18,378 nt of DNA, taken from Campylobacterales bacterium (lineage in GTDB: Bacteria; Campylobacterota; Campylobacteria; Campylobacterales; Sulfurimonadaceae). The notes under the pieces are model-generated. The model saw nothing but the letters and a program-made list of their open reading frames with translations, ran no database searches and was not told where the DNA came from. This document shows, piece after piece, positions 8,170 through 16,021 of the stretch. Made by a program: the position numbers and the translations under genes. The stretch is from contig JBBRBK010000037.1 in NCBI GenBank assembly GCA_038205935.1, forward strand, positions 1-18,378, in the 5' to 3' direction. Positions within the stretch are counted from its first letter, which is position 1; every line of letters starts with the position of its first letter.

Positions 8170-9159
8170 CTACACTAAAGATTTTACGGCTTCTATAACC
8201 TCAAGCGCACCAATCTCTTTCATACAGTTATGATGCTTCAGCGGACATTCTCTTTTCATACATGGAGAGCAATCCATCTCATGACGTACAATGATGCTTT
8301 TCTCATTTTTCCATTGCGAAGTCTCTTTGTACCTTGTCGGGCCAAAAATAGCGACGGTCGGGACTTGATACGCTGCGGCTACATGCATAGGACCGCTGTC
8401 ATTTGTGATGAAAAGTGAACATCCACCGATGTATGAGCAGAGTTCTTGGATGGAAGTTTTTCCTGCCATATTTGTAATATTGCTTACATGCGAAGTGCCC
8501 TTTGGGTGCAAGCGTTGGAGTTCATTTTCTATGTCACCAGCCATCTCAACTTCATTTGGTCCGCCGAAGATAACAATGTCATATTTGTCGCTAAACTCTG
8601 CTGCAACTTGTGCAAAACGCTCGGGATACCACCGCTTTGCACTGCCGTAAGTCGCTCCGGCGTTGATCCCTAAAGTGGGCTTTGAAAAGCTATGTTTTGG
8701 GATGTAAAGTTTTAAAGGTTCTGCATCTGAGGGTTTGTTGTTTAGATTACATGTAGCGATTTGAAGATACTGTAAAACTAAATGCTGCTGTGTTGAGATG
8801 CGAGGTGCGTGACTGAGTAAAAACTGTGAATGCCAAGAAGCGCGCGCACAACAGATGACAGTATTTGTCCAGCGTAAAAGTAGCGTTGCATGCAGCTGAT
8901 CACGAAAGCTCACTGCCAAACTAAACTCTCCTAATTCCCTTGCAAGCTTATACGTATTTATAAATCTATTGCCGCCATTTTTTGTATTGTCAACGATTGC
9001 TTTTTCACATTTTGGATGATATTTGAGCGCTTCGATGCAAACATTACTGCCCACAAAAGTAAATCTCGCATCTGGATAATGTGCACTCAGAGCTTCGATA
9101 GCCGGCGTCGCCATAAGTGCGTCACCAAGCCAGTTTGGAAGAATGATAAGAATCCTCAT
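8170..9159 (-). CDS. waaF: lipopolysaccharide heptosyltransferase II (GT9), carrying a 6-residue in-frame repeat insertion
   Basis: PNWLGDALM, GATYGSAKRW, TNDSGPMHVAAA, FGPT and CSPCMKRECPLKHHNCM motifs. Start moved from 9168 to ATG 9159, which gives an ATGA overlap with the upstream stop. Confidence 0.92.
   Translation of the reverse strand: MRILIILPNWLGDALMATPAIEALSAHYPDARFTFVGSNVCIEALKYHPKCEKAIVDNTKNGGNRFINTYKLARELGEFSLAVSFRDQLHATLLLRWTNTVICCARASWHSQFLLSHAPRISTQQHLVLQYLQIATCNLNNKPSDAEPLKLYIPKHSFSKPTLGINAGATYGSAKRWYPERFAQVAAEFSDKYDIVIFGGPNEVEMAGDIENELQRLHPKGTSHVSNITNMAGKTSIQELCSYIGGCSLFITNDSGPMHVAAAYQVPTVAIFGPTRYKETSQWKNEKSIIVRHEMDCSPCMKRECPLKHHNCMKEIGALEVIEAVKSLV
8484..8511 (-). repeat. 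18-nt micro-insertion, copy 2, in frame inside waaF
   Basis: Minus strand TTGCA[CCCAAAGGGCACTTCGCA]TGTAA encodes L-H-P-K-G-T-S-H-V; removing 18 nt restores L-H-V. Confidence 0.88.
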
Positions 9160-11072
9160 TTTTTCCATCTGTTTTTTGTCAGAAGCGTTGCCTCAGCTGT
9201 ATCGATAGCAAAAAGAATTTCTTTCATTTGTGCTGTTTTGTTTGCGTTCGCTGATGTTTCAACGATATCTTTGAAGTTGTATTTTATATAGCCATCGTCT
9301 GTTTTAAGACCGATAAGATCGCCTGCAAAAAAGTAAGCAAAACGGTTTTTGATATCTTTATCAAAAAGTGAACTTCCCATCGTCGTGATATTGGCTTTCC
9401 AACCGAGCATATCGACGATGGAAGGAAAAATATCGTTATGACTTCCTAGCGTGTGAATAACTTCTGGCTTAAATATTTTAGGCGCATAAATGATAAGCGG
9501 AATCCTAAAATGCTCAATGCTTGGAAGCGGTTTATCGTCTGGACGGTATTGTCTCGCGATAGGATTAAGCGCGTCGCCACTTCCATGATCGGAGGTAAAG
9601 ATAAAGATAGTTTTATCAAACCAAGGCTCTTTTTTCACACTTTCCATAAATCTTCTTATAGCATCGTCAGTATAGATATGCGCATTAAGTGAACCATTAT
9701 AATTTTGCAGATCATGAGGATATCTCTCAAACTTTTTACTTGGAAGATAGAAGTCAGAGTGCGTCGTATCCGTAAAAGCGAACCCTATAAACGGCTCTTT
9801 CATCTGATTTAATTTTTTATGATAAAAATCAAACATATTATAATCATAAGTGCCAGTTTCAGGCGCGCGCCCTGCATCGACAGTTTCAACATTTGGCATA
9901 TCCTGAGCACCGTAATAGTTATCAAATCCCGCAAGTCCGCTCACAGCATCGACTCGGTATGAGCGGTTATTTGATGCTTGCATCGCAAGCGTTGAGTAAC
10001 CGTTTTGTTTGGCAACTTTGCCTAGATAACTGAGGTTTGAAAGTTCAAGTCCATGTCCGAGATACTCAAATCCTGCAGGAATTGTAATACCCGTAAAGAT
10101 AGATGTGATACCAAAAATAGAGCGATAACCGTTTGAATAAAAGTTGTCAAACTTGAGTCCTTCTTGACTAAGTTGTTTGAAATAAGGCGTGATTCCAAGC
10201 TCTTTATAGTGAGTAAAACCATCAAGATGTTCAGCTCCAAAAGATTCTAAGAGTACGATAACAACGTTATATTTTGGAGTTTCTTTTCCTTTATATTCAC
10301 GCTCAAGCGGATATTTGTTATCTATAAAAGGTGTATTTGGCGAGGCAAGTTCTGCTCTTGTGATCTCTACAGCTTTGTCAAGGTTCATAAGATGATGTTT
10401 TGCTGGAGATTTAGCCGTTCTATACATTGTAAAAAAGCCGTTAAGCGCGAGGTTTCCACTGCTAACTTTATCCACAGCGTAGGCATCACTAGTACCAAAT
10501 CCTTTACCTGAAAAGTTATTACGTATTCCAATAAAGAGAGCTAAAATAATTATAAAAGTCGTGATGAATAGCTGTTTTGCTGAGATAAAGTGTTTTGGTC
10601 TATGTGTAAAGATTTTATAAACAGCGTATAAAAAGATAGCAGATAAAATAAATGCGCCCAGAGTATAAGGAAGCATCGAGCCAAACGCCATTCCTGTGAT
10701 GATATCTGTGTCATTACCGAGATTAAAAAGCTCATTGGACATATGACGGTGGATATAGTCGTAATATAAAACATCGCTAAAGCTAAGAATGAAGATAATA
10801 TTTAAAATAAGTGCCCAGAAAATAGCAATGAATCCTCTTGTCCTCGGCGATTTTACAAAGAGTAGCAAAAGAACAAAGACAGAGGAAAATGTAAATATGG
10901 TAATCATATCTACACGAAATCCCATCAGTAAAGATGCATAAAATTCACTTGTGCTAAGGTCGGCAAAGTCACCTTTATAAAACTCATAAAGTGAAAGTCT
11001 AATAGCCATTAAAACTATGAAGCTAAAAAGAATAAGGGAAAGAATTTGTGTAAGTTGATTACGAAATTTCAT
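9156..11072 (-). CDS. LTA synthase (LtaS/MdoB-like) family membrane sulfatase-fold phosphotransferase
   Basis: About 5 N-terminal TM segments (GFRVDM, YYDY..RH), then NVVIVLLESF, NGYRS, TTHSDF and TSDHG alkaline-phosphatase-fold motifs. Start moved to ATG 11072, which has an AAGGA RBS at 11085-11081. Confidence 0.88.
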   Translation of the reverse strand: MKFRNQLTQILSLILFSFIVLMAIRLSLYEFYKGDFADLSTSEFYASLLMGFRVDMITIFTFSSVFVLLLLFVKSPRTRGFIAIFWALILNIIFILSFSDVLYYDYIHRHMSNELFNLGNDTDIITGMAFGSMLPYTLGAFILSAIFLYAVYKIFTHRPKHFISAKQLFITTFIIILALFIGIRNNFSGKGFGTSDAYAVDKVSSGNLALNGFFTMYRTAKSPAKHHLMNLDKAVEITRAELASPNTPFIDNKYPLEREYKGKETPKYNVVIVLLESFGAEHLDGFTHYKELGITPYFKQLSQEGLKFDNFYSNGYRSIFGITSIFTGITIPAGFEYLGHGLELSNLSYLGKVAKQNGYSTLAMQASNNRSYRVDAVSGLAGFDNYYGAQDMPNVETVDAGRAPETGTYDYNMFDFYHKKLNQMKEPFIGFAFTDTTHSDFYLPSKKFERYPHDLQNYNGSLNAHIYTDDAIRRFMESVKKEPWFDKTIFIFTSDHGSGDALNPIARQYRPDDKPLPSIEHFRIPLIIYAPKIFKPEVIHTLGSHNDIFPSIVDMLGWKANITTMGSSLFDKDIKNRFAYFFAGDLIGLKTDDGYIKYNFKDIVETSANANKTAQMKEILFAIDTAEATLLTKNRWKK

Positions 11073-11733
11073 TATTTTTTTCCTTGAAAAAGAATCCATA
11101 AAAGATAAGTGTTGTGATATAAACGATAAAAAATGAGACTACTGTATCGCTGAAAAAGTGTCCGCCTGCGGCGATACGGATGTAGCTGATAGCAATACCG
11201 TAACTTAGAGCCAGACTCATCCATAACGCACGTCTTTGTTGAGCAAGTAAAGCAAGAGCAATAAGAAAAAATGCTCCAGCAGCGTGACCGCAGCTAAAAG
11301 AGTAGCCGCCTTGATCACTGATAACAAAAGCTGGAGTAAACTCTTTGGTTCCTCCAAAAAGTATCGTCTCAGCAGGACGTGCACGTCCCCAATGCTCTTT
11401 TAAGATATCATTGACGATAAGTCCCGGAGCAATGGCTACAACCAAAAGAAGATAGAGAATTACTTTTTTGTTTACATGTAAGAGATCTTTTTTTGCTGCG
11501 ATATTATAAAGCCAAATAAGGATAGGTAAAATGATTGCAAGGGCTACGACAGGCTGGATAGAGTTATAAAGAATAAACTCATACCAAGTTCCGTTTGCAG
11601 AAAAACCGATTCCCTTCGTGTAAAAAAGGTTACTTACAAAGATGTCAATTTGCGGAAAAAAGACAAAAAGAAGCGAAGTGATGAGAAATGCGATCCATAC
11701 ATAAAGAGGGACATTGATTATTTTTTTATTCAT
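11059..11733 (-). CDS. PAP2 family membrane phosphatase (lipid A phosphatase LpxE/LpxF-like)
   Basis: C1 KEHWGRARP, C2 FSCGH, C3 RIAAGGHFFSD; several TM helices; LPS gene context. Confidence 0.85.
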   Translation of the reverse strand: MNKKIINVPLYVWIAFLITSLLFVFFPQIDIFVSNLFYTKGIGFSANGTWYEFILYNSIQPVVALAIILPILIWLYNIAAKKDLLHVNKKVILYLLLVVAIAPGLIVNDILKEHWGRARPAETILFGGTKEFTPAFVISDQGGYSFSCGHAAGAFFLIALALLAQQRRALWMSLALSYGIAISYIRIAAGGHFFSDTVVSFFIVYITTLIFYGFFFKEKNNEIS

Positions 11734-11741
11734 GGATGAAA

Positions 11742-13007
11742 TTATAACTTATCCTTGATTTGTAAATAAACAGGAGCATTAAAAATAGATATTTCATCAC
11801 TTGTCATGAGTTCTCCGTTTCGTGAATAAGCATCAAAATAGTTTTTATTATTAATGATTTGTTCGTCCAAAGACCAGTGAACTTGGATGAGTTTGTCTTC
11901 TTTAAGACATTGGAGAATGTGATAGCCTCTTTTGATATCAAGGCGTAAAAATTGTGAACCTTTTAAAAATACAAGCATTGTTTTAAACGCATAAAATGCG
12001 CTTCGTTTTCTTAGTCCTTCGCGATTATCGATAAGCCCATATCCCGGAGCGATGAGCTGATGCCAGAGCACGGCATCAACTTGCTGTGAAGCAAATGAGA
12101 GAAGATAATAGCGTACTAAAAAGTTCGCATAATTCTCTTCATCCACACACTCATGTTCACTTGTAGGTGCGTAGGGCGCTGTGTTTGAGATGGGCCAGTT
12201 TGTTTCTGTGATGTAAAGGCGGTTTTTGCTTTTTGGAGAAAGCCAGACCATTGTGCTAAGTAGGGCAATTTTATCTAAAAGATTAAATCCCATCTGTGTA
12301 TTTTCAGGTGCTCCGCGTCTGTCGACATATAAAAGTGAGGCGATGCCGTCGTACATGTAAGGGGAAAAATTAAAAAGTGTATGCGCTGTAAAGTGGTACT
12401 CAAAGTCGATGACGCCGCTGCCGATGAGGATAATATCGGGAAATTCACGAAGCTTTAAATCGTAAGCTACTTTGTAGAACTTATTGTATTCATCCACACT
12501 GAAAAATCCCCATTTTGCGCGGTTTATTGTTGACCCTATCTGAAATCTTCTGATTTGAGGAGTTGAAAATATTGTACGAAGATCTCTCTTTAAAAGCTCA
12601 AGATCTTCGATATGTTCACGGTCTTGAAGAATGTTGAGTGTAACCTCTTTTGCTTGGCATGAGAGGATAAAATCGTATAGTTCTTGGAGTTTATCCATCT
12701 CCCAAAGCTTACAGCGCACTAAAATGTGATCAACTCCCAACTCCTCTAAAAGTTCAGGAGTCATAGAAGGTTCTTTGTCAAGATTGACACTCATAGCAAA
12801 AAAATTATCACTATCAACATTTTTTCGGCGTACAAAAGGCATTAGCATCATCGAAAGTGGAAGAACGAAAAGCGCAATAAAAAAGGTTTTAAGATTCGAT
12901 AATAGCTCACGCTGACGCATCATTTTTTTAAAATTTTTATCTTTGAGTTGGTAAGGCTGATCTGAGAACTTATCCCAGATAAAAGGTTCTTTCAAAGTTT
13001 CATCCAT
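11742..13007 (-). CDS. membrane-anchored glycoside hydrolase clan A-like (TIM-barrel) protein
   Basis: One N-terminal hydrophobic segment, LYITETNW nucleophile-like motif, WHQL..PGYGL and KRSAFYAF. The real start is probably ATG 13007 or TTG 12995; the track's extension to 13043 runs through the micro-repeat. Confidence 0.6.
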   Translation of the reverse strand: MDETLKEPFIWDKFSDQPYQLKDKNFKKMMRQRELLSNLKTFFIALFVLPLSMMLMPFVRRKNVDSDNFFAMSVNLDKEPSMTPELLEELGVDHILVRCKLWEMDKLQELYDFILSCQAKEVTLNILQDREHIEDLELLKRDLRTIFSTPQIRRFQIGSTINRAKWGFFSVDEYNKFYKVAYDLKLREFPDIILIGSGVIDFEYHFTAHTLFNFSPYMYDGIASLLYVDRRGAPENTQMGFNLLDKIALLSTMVWLSPKSKNRLYITETNWPISNTAPYAPTSEHECVDEENYANFLVRYYLLSFASQQVDAVLWHQLIAPGYGLIDNREGLRKRSAFYAFKTMLVFLKGSQFLRLDIKRGYHILQCLKEDKLIQVHWSLDEQIINNKNYFDAYSRNGELMTSDEISIFNAPVYLQIKDKL

Positions 13008-13015
13008 TTTGATTT

Positions 13016-13043
13016 TTATGCCCAAAGGGCACTGCGCATGCAA
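13016..13043 (+). repeat. 18-nt micro-insertion, copy 3, in the 5' leader of the GH-like operon
   Basis: TTATG[CCCAAAGGGCACTGCGCA]TGCAA; 17/18 identical to copy 2. Confidence 0.82.
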
Positions 13044-13049
13044 GTTGAG

Positions 13050-13058
13050 ATTATATCA
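13050..13058 (-). promoter_or_regulatory. extended -10 promoter for the GH-like/PAP2/LtaS-like/waaF operon
   Basis: Minus strand TGATATAAT matches TGnTATAAT, about 43 nt upstream of ATG 13007. Confidence 0.65.
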
Positions 13059-13081
13059 ATTGTTTATTAAAACACTCTCGT

Positions 13082-13801
13082 TTAAAATTTCCAGTTAGTG
13101 TACATGTATGCAGCATCATTATGAAGAGACAGCTCTATATGTGTATCTTCTTTCATAAAAAGATCGTGGATAAAGAGACCTATAAAGTTTCCTATAGAAG
13201 CGTTAATAAACTGATCACCAAGTGAATGTCCTCCTTCTTCTACACCACTGAATGCACTTCCTGTCGCCGTGAGATAGCTGAGTGTATTGAGCGAATATTT
13301 CCCCCAATCGGGTATATTAAGCTGGGCAACATTACGTCTATTCATGGCAGAACCCGTAAATGTATCGATGGCATGATGAGAGCCTATTGCGTCATCTCCA
13401 GTCTTTGCGGGATTCTCTTTTTCAATCGAGCTATTGAGAAAGTTTGTTGTTGTTTTTGCTGCAGCAAAGCCGACACTTTCTACTGCAAGACGTTTAATTT
13501 TTATCTCCGAGTTATTATCATCGATGAAAAGCGCTGTAGCATAGGTCTCAAGACCATTAATGTTTCTATATAGGTCATCATATTCTGAATTTGAAAGGGG
13601 ATGTTCCATAATATAGTTTGTAATATGATCGTCTGCCTTTGTCACATACAGCGTTGTCCCAACGGCAAGCGGAGCCCAAGTAATAGGGTCTGTAGCTGCT
13701 GTATAAGAAGCATTTTTTGTACGTGTCCAAGCTGTCTGTAAAGTACTGGCGCTACAACCAAAAAAGAAAAATAAGAAGAAAGATAAAATTATATATTTCA
13801 T
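13082..13801 (-). CDS. lipoprotein with degenerate PAP2-like domain
   Basis: Start ATG 13801 with a GGAG RBS; signal peptide MKYIILSFFLFFFFG-C (lipobox). PAP2-like motifs in the expected order: IEKENP, IGSHH, SGVEEGGHSLGD. Confidence 0.6.
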   Translation of the reverse strand: MKYIILSFFLFFFFGCSASTLQTAWTRTKNASYTAATDPITWAPLAVGTTLYVTKADDHITNYIMEHPLSNSEYDDLYRNINGLETYATALFIDDNNSEIKIKRLAVESVGFAAAKTTTNFLNSSIEKENPAKTGDDAIGSHHAIDTFTGSAMNRRNVAQLNIPDWGKYSLNTLSYLTATGSAFSGVEEGGHSLGDQFINASIGNFIGLFIHDLFMKEDTHIELSLHNDAAYMYTNWKF

Positions 13802-13829
13802 AAGACGCTCCAATGAATGGATAAGTCAG

Positions 13830-13853
13830 ATTATATCCTTTTTAATGTAAAAT
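13830..13853. promoter_or_regulatory. divergent -10 boxes for the lipoprotein gene and the ugd operon
   Basis: Minus-strand TATAAT at 13835-13830 and plus-strand TAAAAT at 13848-13853, each about 30 nt before its ATG. Confidence 0.5.
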
Positions 13854-13883
13854 CATAAAATTAAAGAATATGGGAATTAATAT

Positions 13884-15209
13884 ATGAAAATATCAGTTAT
13901 CGGAACAGGCTATGTCGGATTAGTAAGCGGTGTGTGTTTCGCTCAGATGGGGAATAAAGTCACTTGCGTCGACATAGATGAAAACAAAATAGCAAAACTT
14001 GAGCAGGGAATTATCCCTATTTATGAGCCGGGCTTAGAAGATATGACATTGGAGAACTATAAAAAAGGTACGTTGAAGTTTACGACAAATGCAACTGAAG
14101 CGATTGCTAACTCTTTGATCTCTTTCATCGCTGTGGGAACGCCTATGGGTGACGACGGAAGTGCAGATTTACAGTATGTTTTGGCGGTTGCGAAAAAAAT
14201 TGGGCAAAGTATGCAAGATTATATTGTCGTCGTGGATAAATCGACAGTTCCTGTGGGAACGGCTGAAAAAGTAAGAGCGACGATCCAAGAGGAGTTAGAC
14301 AAACGCGGCGTTAGTATTGCGTTTGATGTTGTTAGTAACCCTGAATTTTTAAAAGAAGGCGCGGCGATCAATGACTTTATGCATCCTGACCGCGTGGTTA
14401 TCGGTGCAGATTCACAAAAAGCATTAGATGTTATGCACGAACTTTACGCACCTTTTATGAAGCATCACGACAGATTTATAACGATGGATATCAAATCCGC
14501 TGAGATGACAAAGTACGCGGCAAACGCGATGCTTGCGACAAAGATATCGTTTATGAATGAGATGAGTCAGATTTGTGAACGCGTTGGCGCGGATATCAAC
14601 AAAGTAAGAAACGGCATAGGAAGTGACAGCCGCATCGGGTATAGTTTTATCTATCCGGGTTGCGGATATGGCGGAAGCTGTTTTCCAAAAGATGTGCAAG
14701 CATTAGCAAAAACCGCAAAAGATTTTGGTTATACGCCTCGTATTTTAAATGCTGTAGAAGCTGTAAATTACGCACAAAAATATGTGATCTCAAATAAAGT
14801 GATAGCAAGATTCGGCGAAAATTTAGAAGGCAAAACTTTCGCAGTTTGGGGACTGAGCTTTAAACCTGAAACGGATGATATGCGCGAAGCAAGTGCCATT
14901 ACTATCATCAACGAGCTCACTTCACGCGGCGCAAATATCATAGCGTATGACCCAAAAGCACGTCACGAAGCAGAGGCTCATTACCTCAAAGGTAACGATA
15001 AAGTTTCTTATGTAGATACTAAGTATGATGCGCTCAAAGATGCAGATGCTGTGATACTTGTCACTGAATGGCAAGAATTTAGAAGTCCTGATTTTGATGA
15101 GATAAAAAAGCTTCTTAAAACTCCAATCTTCTTTGATGGTCGCAATCAGTTTAGTAAAGAAAAGATGCAAACAATGGGATTTGAGTATTTTCAAATCGGT
15201 GTGAACTAA
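13884..15209 (+). CDS. ugd: UDP-glucose 6-dehydrogenase
   Basis: [45 protein letters not shown] and [10 protein letters not shown] motifs. Confidence 0.95.
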   Translation: MKISVIGTGYVGLVSGVCFAQMGNKVTCVDIDENKIAKLEQGIIPIYEPGLEDMTLENYKKGTLKFTTNATEAIANSLISFIAVGTPMGDDGSADLQYVLAVAKKIGQSMQDYIVVVDKSTVPVGTAEKVRATIQEELDKRGVSIAFDVVSNPEFLKEGAAINDFMHPDRVVIGADSQKALDVMHELYAPFMKHHDRFITMDIKSAEMTKYAANAMLATKISFMNEMSQICERVGADINKVRNGIGSDSRIGYSFIYPGCGYGGSCFPKDVQALAKTAKDFGYTPRILNAVEAVNYAQKYVISNKVIARFGENLEGKTFAVWGLSFKPETDDMREASAITIINELTSRGANIIAYDPKARHEAEAHYLKGNDKVSYVDTKYDALKDADAVILVTEWQEFRSPDFDEIKKLLKTPIFFDGRNQFSKEKMQTMGFEYFQIGVN

Positions 15210-15211
15210 AA

Positions 15212-16021
15212 ATGATTCGTCTTTTTGCAGTTTTAGCTCTTTTCGTCTTACATGTAAATGCATTAACTCTGCAAAAACCAAATATCTATAGCGATCAAAA
15301 TATCTCTGGCTGGATGATGTCTGAGAAGTTTGACGGTATTCGGGGATATTGGGATGGTAAACAACTTCTCTCTCGTCAAAATAAACCTATAAACGCTCCA
15401 AAATGGTTTACGCAAGATCTTCCGCCTTTTGCGCTTGATGGCGAACTTTGGACTGCGCGTGGGGATTTTGAAAATATCCAGTCCATTGTGATGGATGACA
15501 AACCGAGCGAAAAATGGAAAGAGATCACTTACAATATCTTTGAAGTGCCCCGCGCTGAGGGGAACTTCACTCAAAGACTTCAAAAAGCACAGGATTATAT
15601 CACTGCTCATCATCTCAAAAATGTAAGAGTGATACCGCAAAAGATCTGCCATGATAAAAAAGAGCTCAAAACATTTTTAGATGAAGTTCTCAAAAAACGT
15701 GGCGAAGGCGTTGTCATAAAAGATGGCTCTCTTGGTTATTTTGAAGGTAGAAGTGATTCGATTTTAAAAGTCAAACTCGCTCAAGATATGGAAGGAAAAG
15801 TGATTGGATATAAAGCCGGAGCAGGGAAATATAAAGGGATGATGGGAAGCTTACATGTAAAGCTTGAAAATGGCACACAACTGTTTATCGGAACAGGTTT
15901 TAGTGATGATACAAGAAAAAATCCTCCAGCCATTGGAAGCATCATCACTTTTAAATATTTCAGCTTTACAAAAAAAGGTAAGCCAAGATTTGCCTCTTAC
16001 ATGAGAGTGAGAAAAGATTGA
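15212..16021 (+). CDS. minimal ATP-dependent DNA ligase with N-terminal signal peptide (Lig E type)
   Basis: Signal peptide MIRLFAVLALFVLHVNA; motif I SEKFDGIR, LDGELW, GEGVV and RS..ILKVK; OB fold with GTGFSD and GKPRF; 269 aa. Confidence 0.92.
   Translation: MIRLFAVLALFVLHVNALTLQKPNIYSDQNISGWMMSEKFDGIRGYWDGKQLLSRQNKPINAPKWFTQDLPPFALDGELWTARGDFENIQSIVMDDKPSEKWKEITYNIFEVPRAEGNFTQRLQKAQDYITAHHLKNVRVIPQKICHDKKELKTFLDEVLKKRGEGVVIKDGSLGYFEGRSDSILKVKLAQDMEGKVIGYKAGAGKYKGMMGSLHVKLENGTQLFIGTGFSDDTRKNPPAIGSIITFKYFSFTKKGKPRFASYMRVRKD

Noticed and set aside
13008..13043. N-terminal extension MHAQCPLGIKIK of ORF 11742..13043
   Set aside because: It begins at a TTG inside the micro-repeat at the predicted TSS with no RBS. 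ATG 13007 or TTG 12995 is more plausible.
15541..15569. Hairpin TGAAGTGCCCC...GGGGAACTTCA sharing 9 nt (GAAGTGCCC) with the micro-element
   Set aside because: It lacks the TTTGGG half and the palindromic flanks, and encodes the expected ligase motif region (FEVP...GNF). Probably coincidence.
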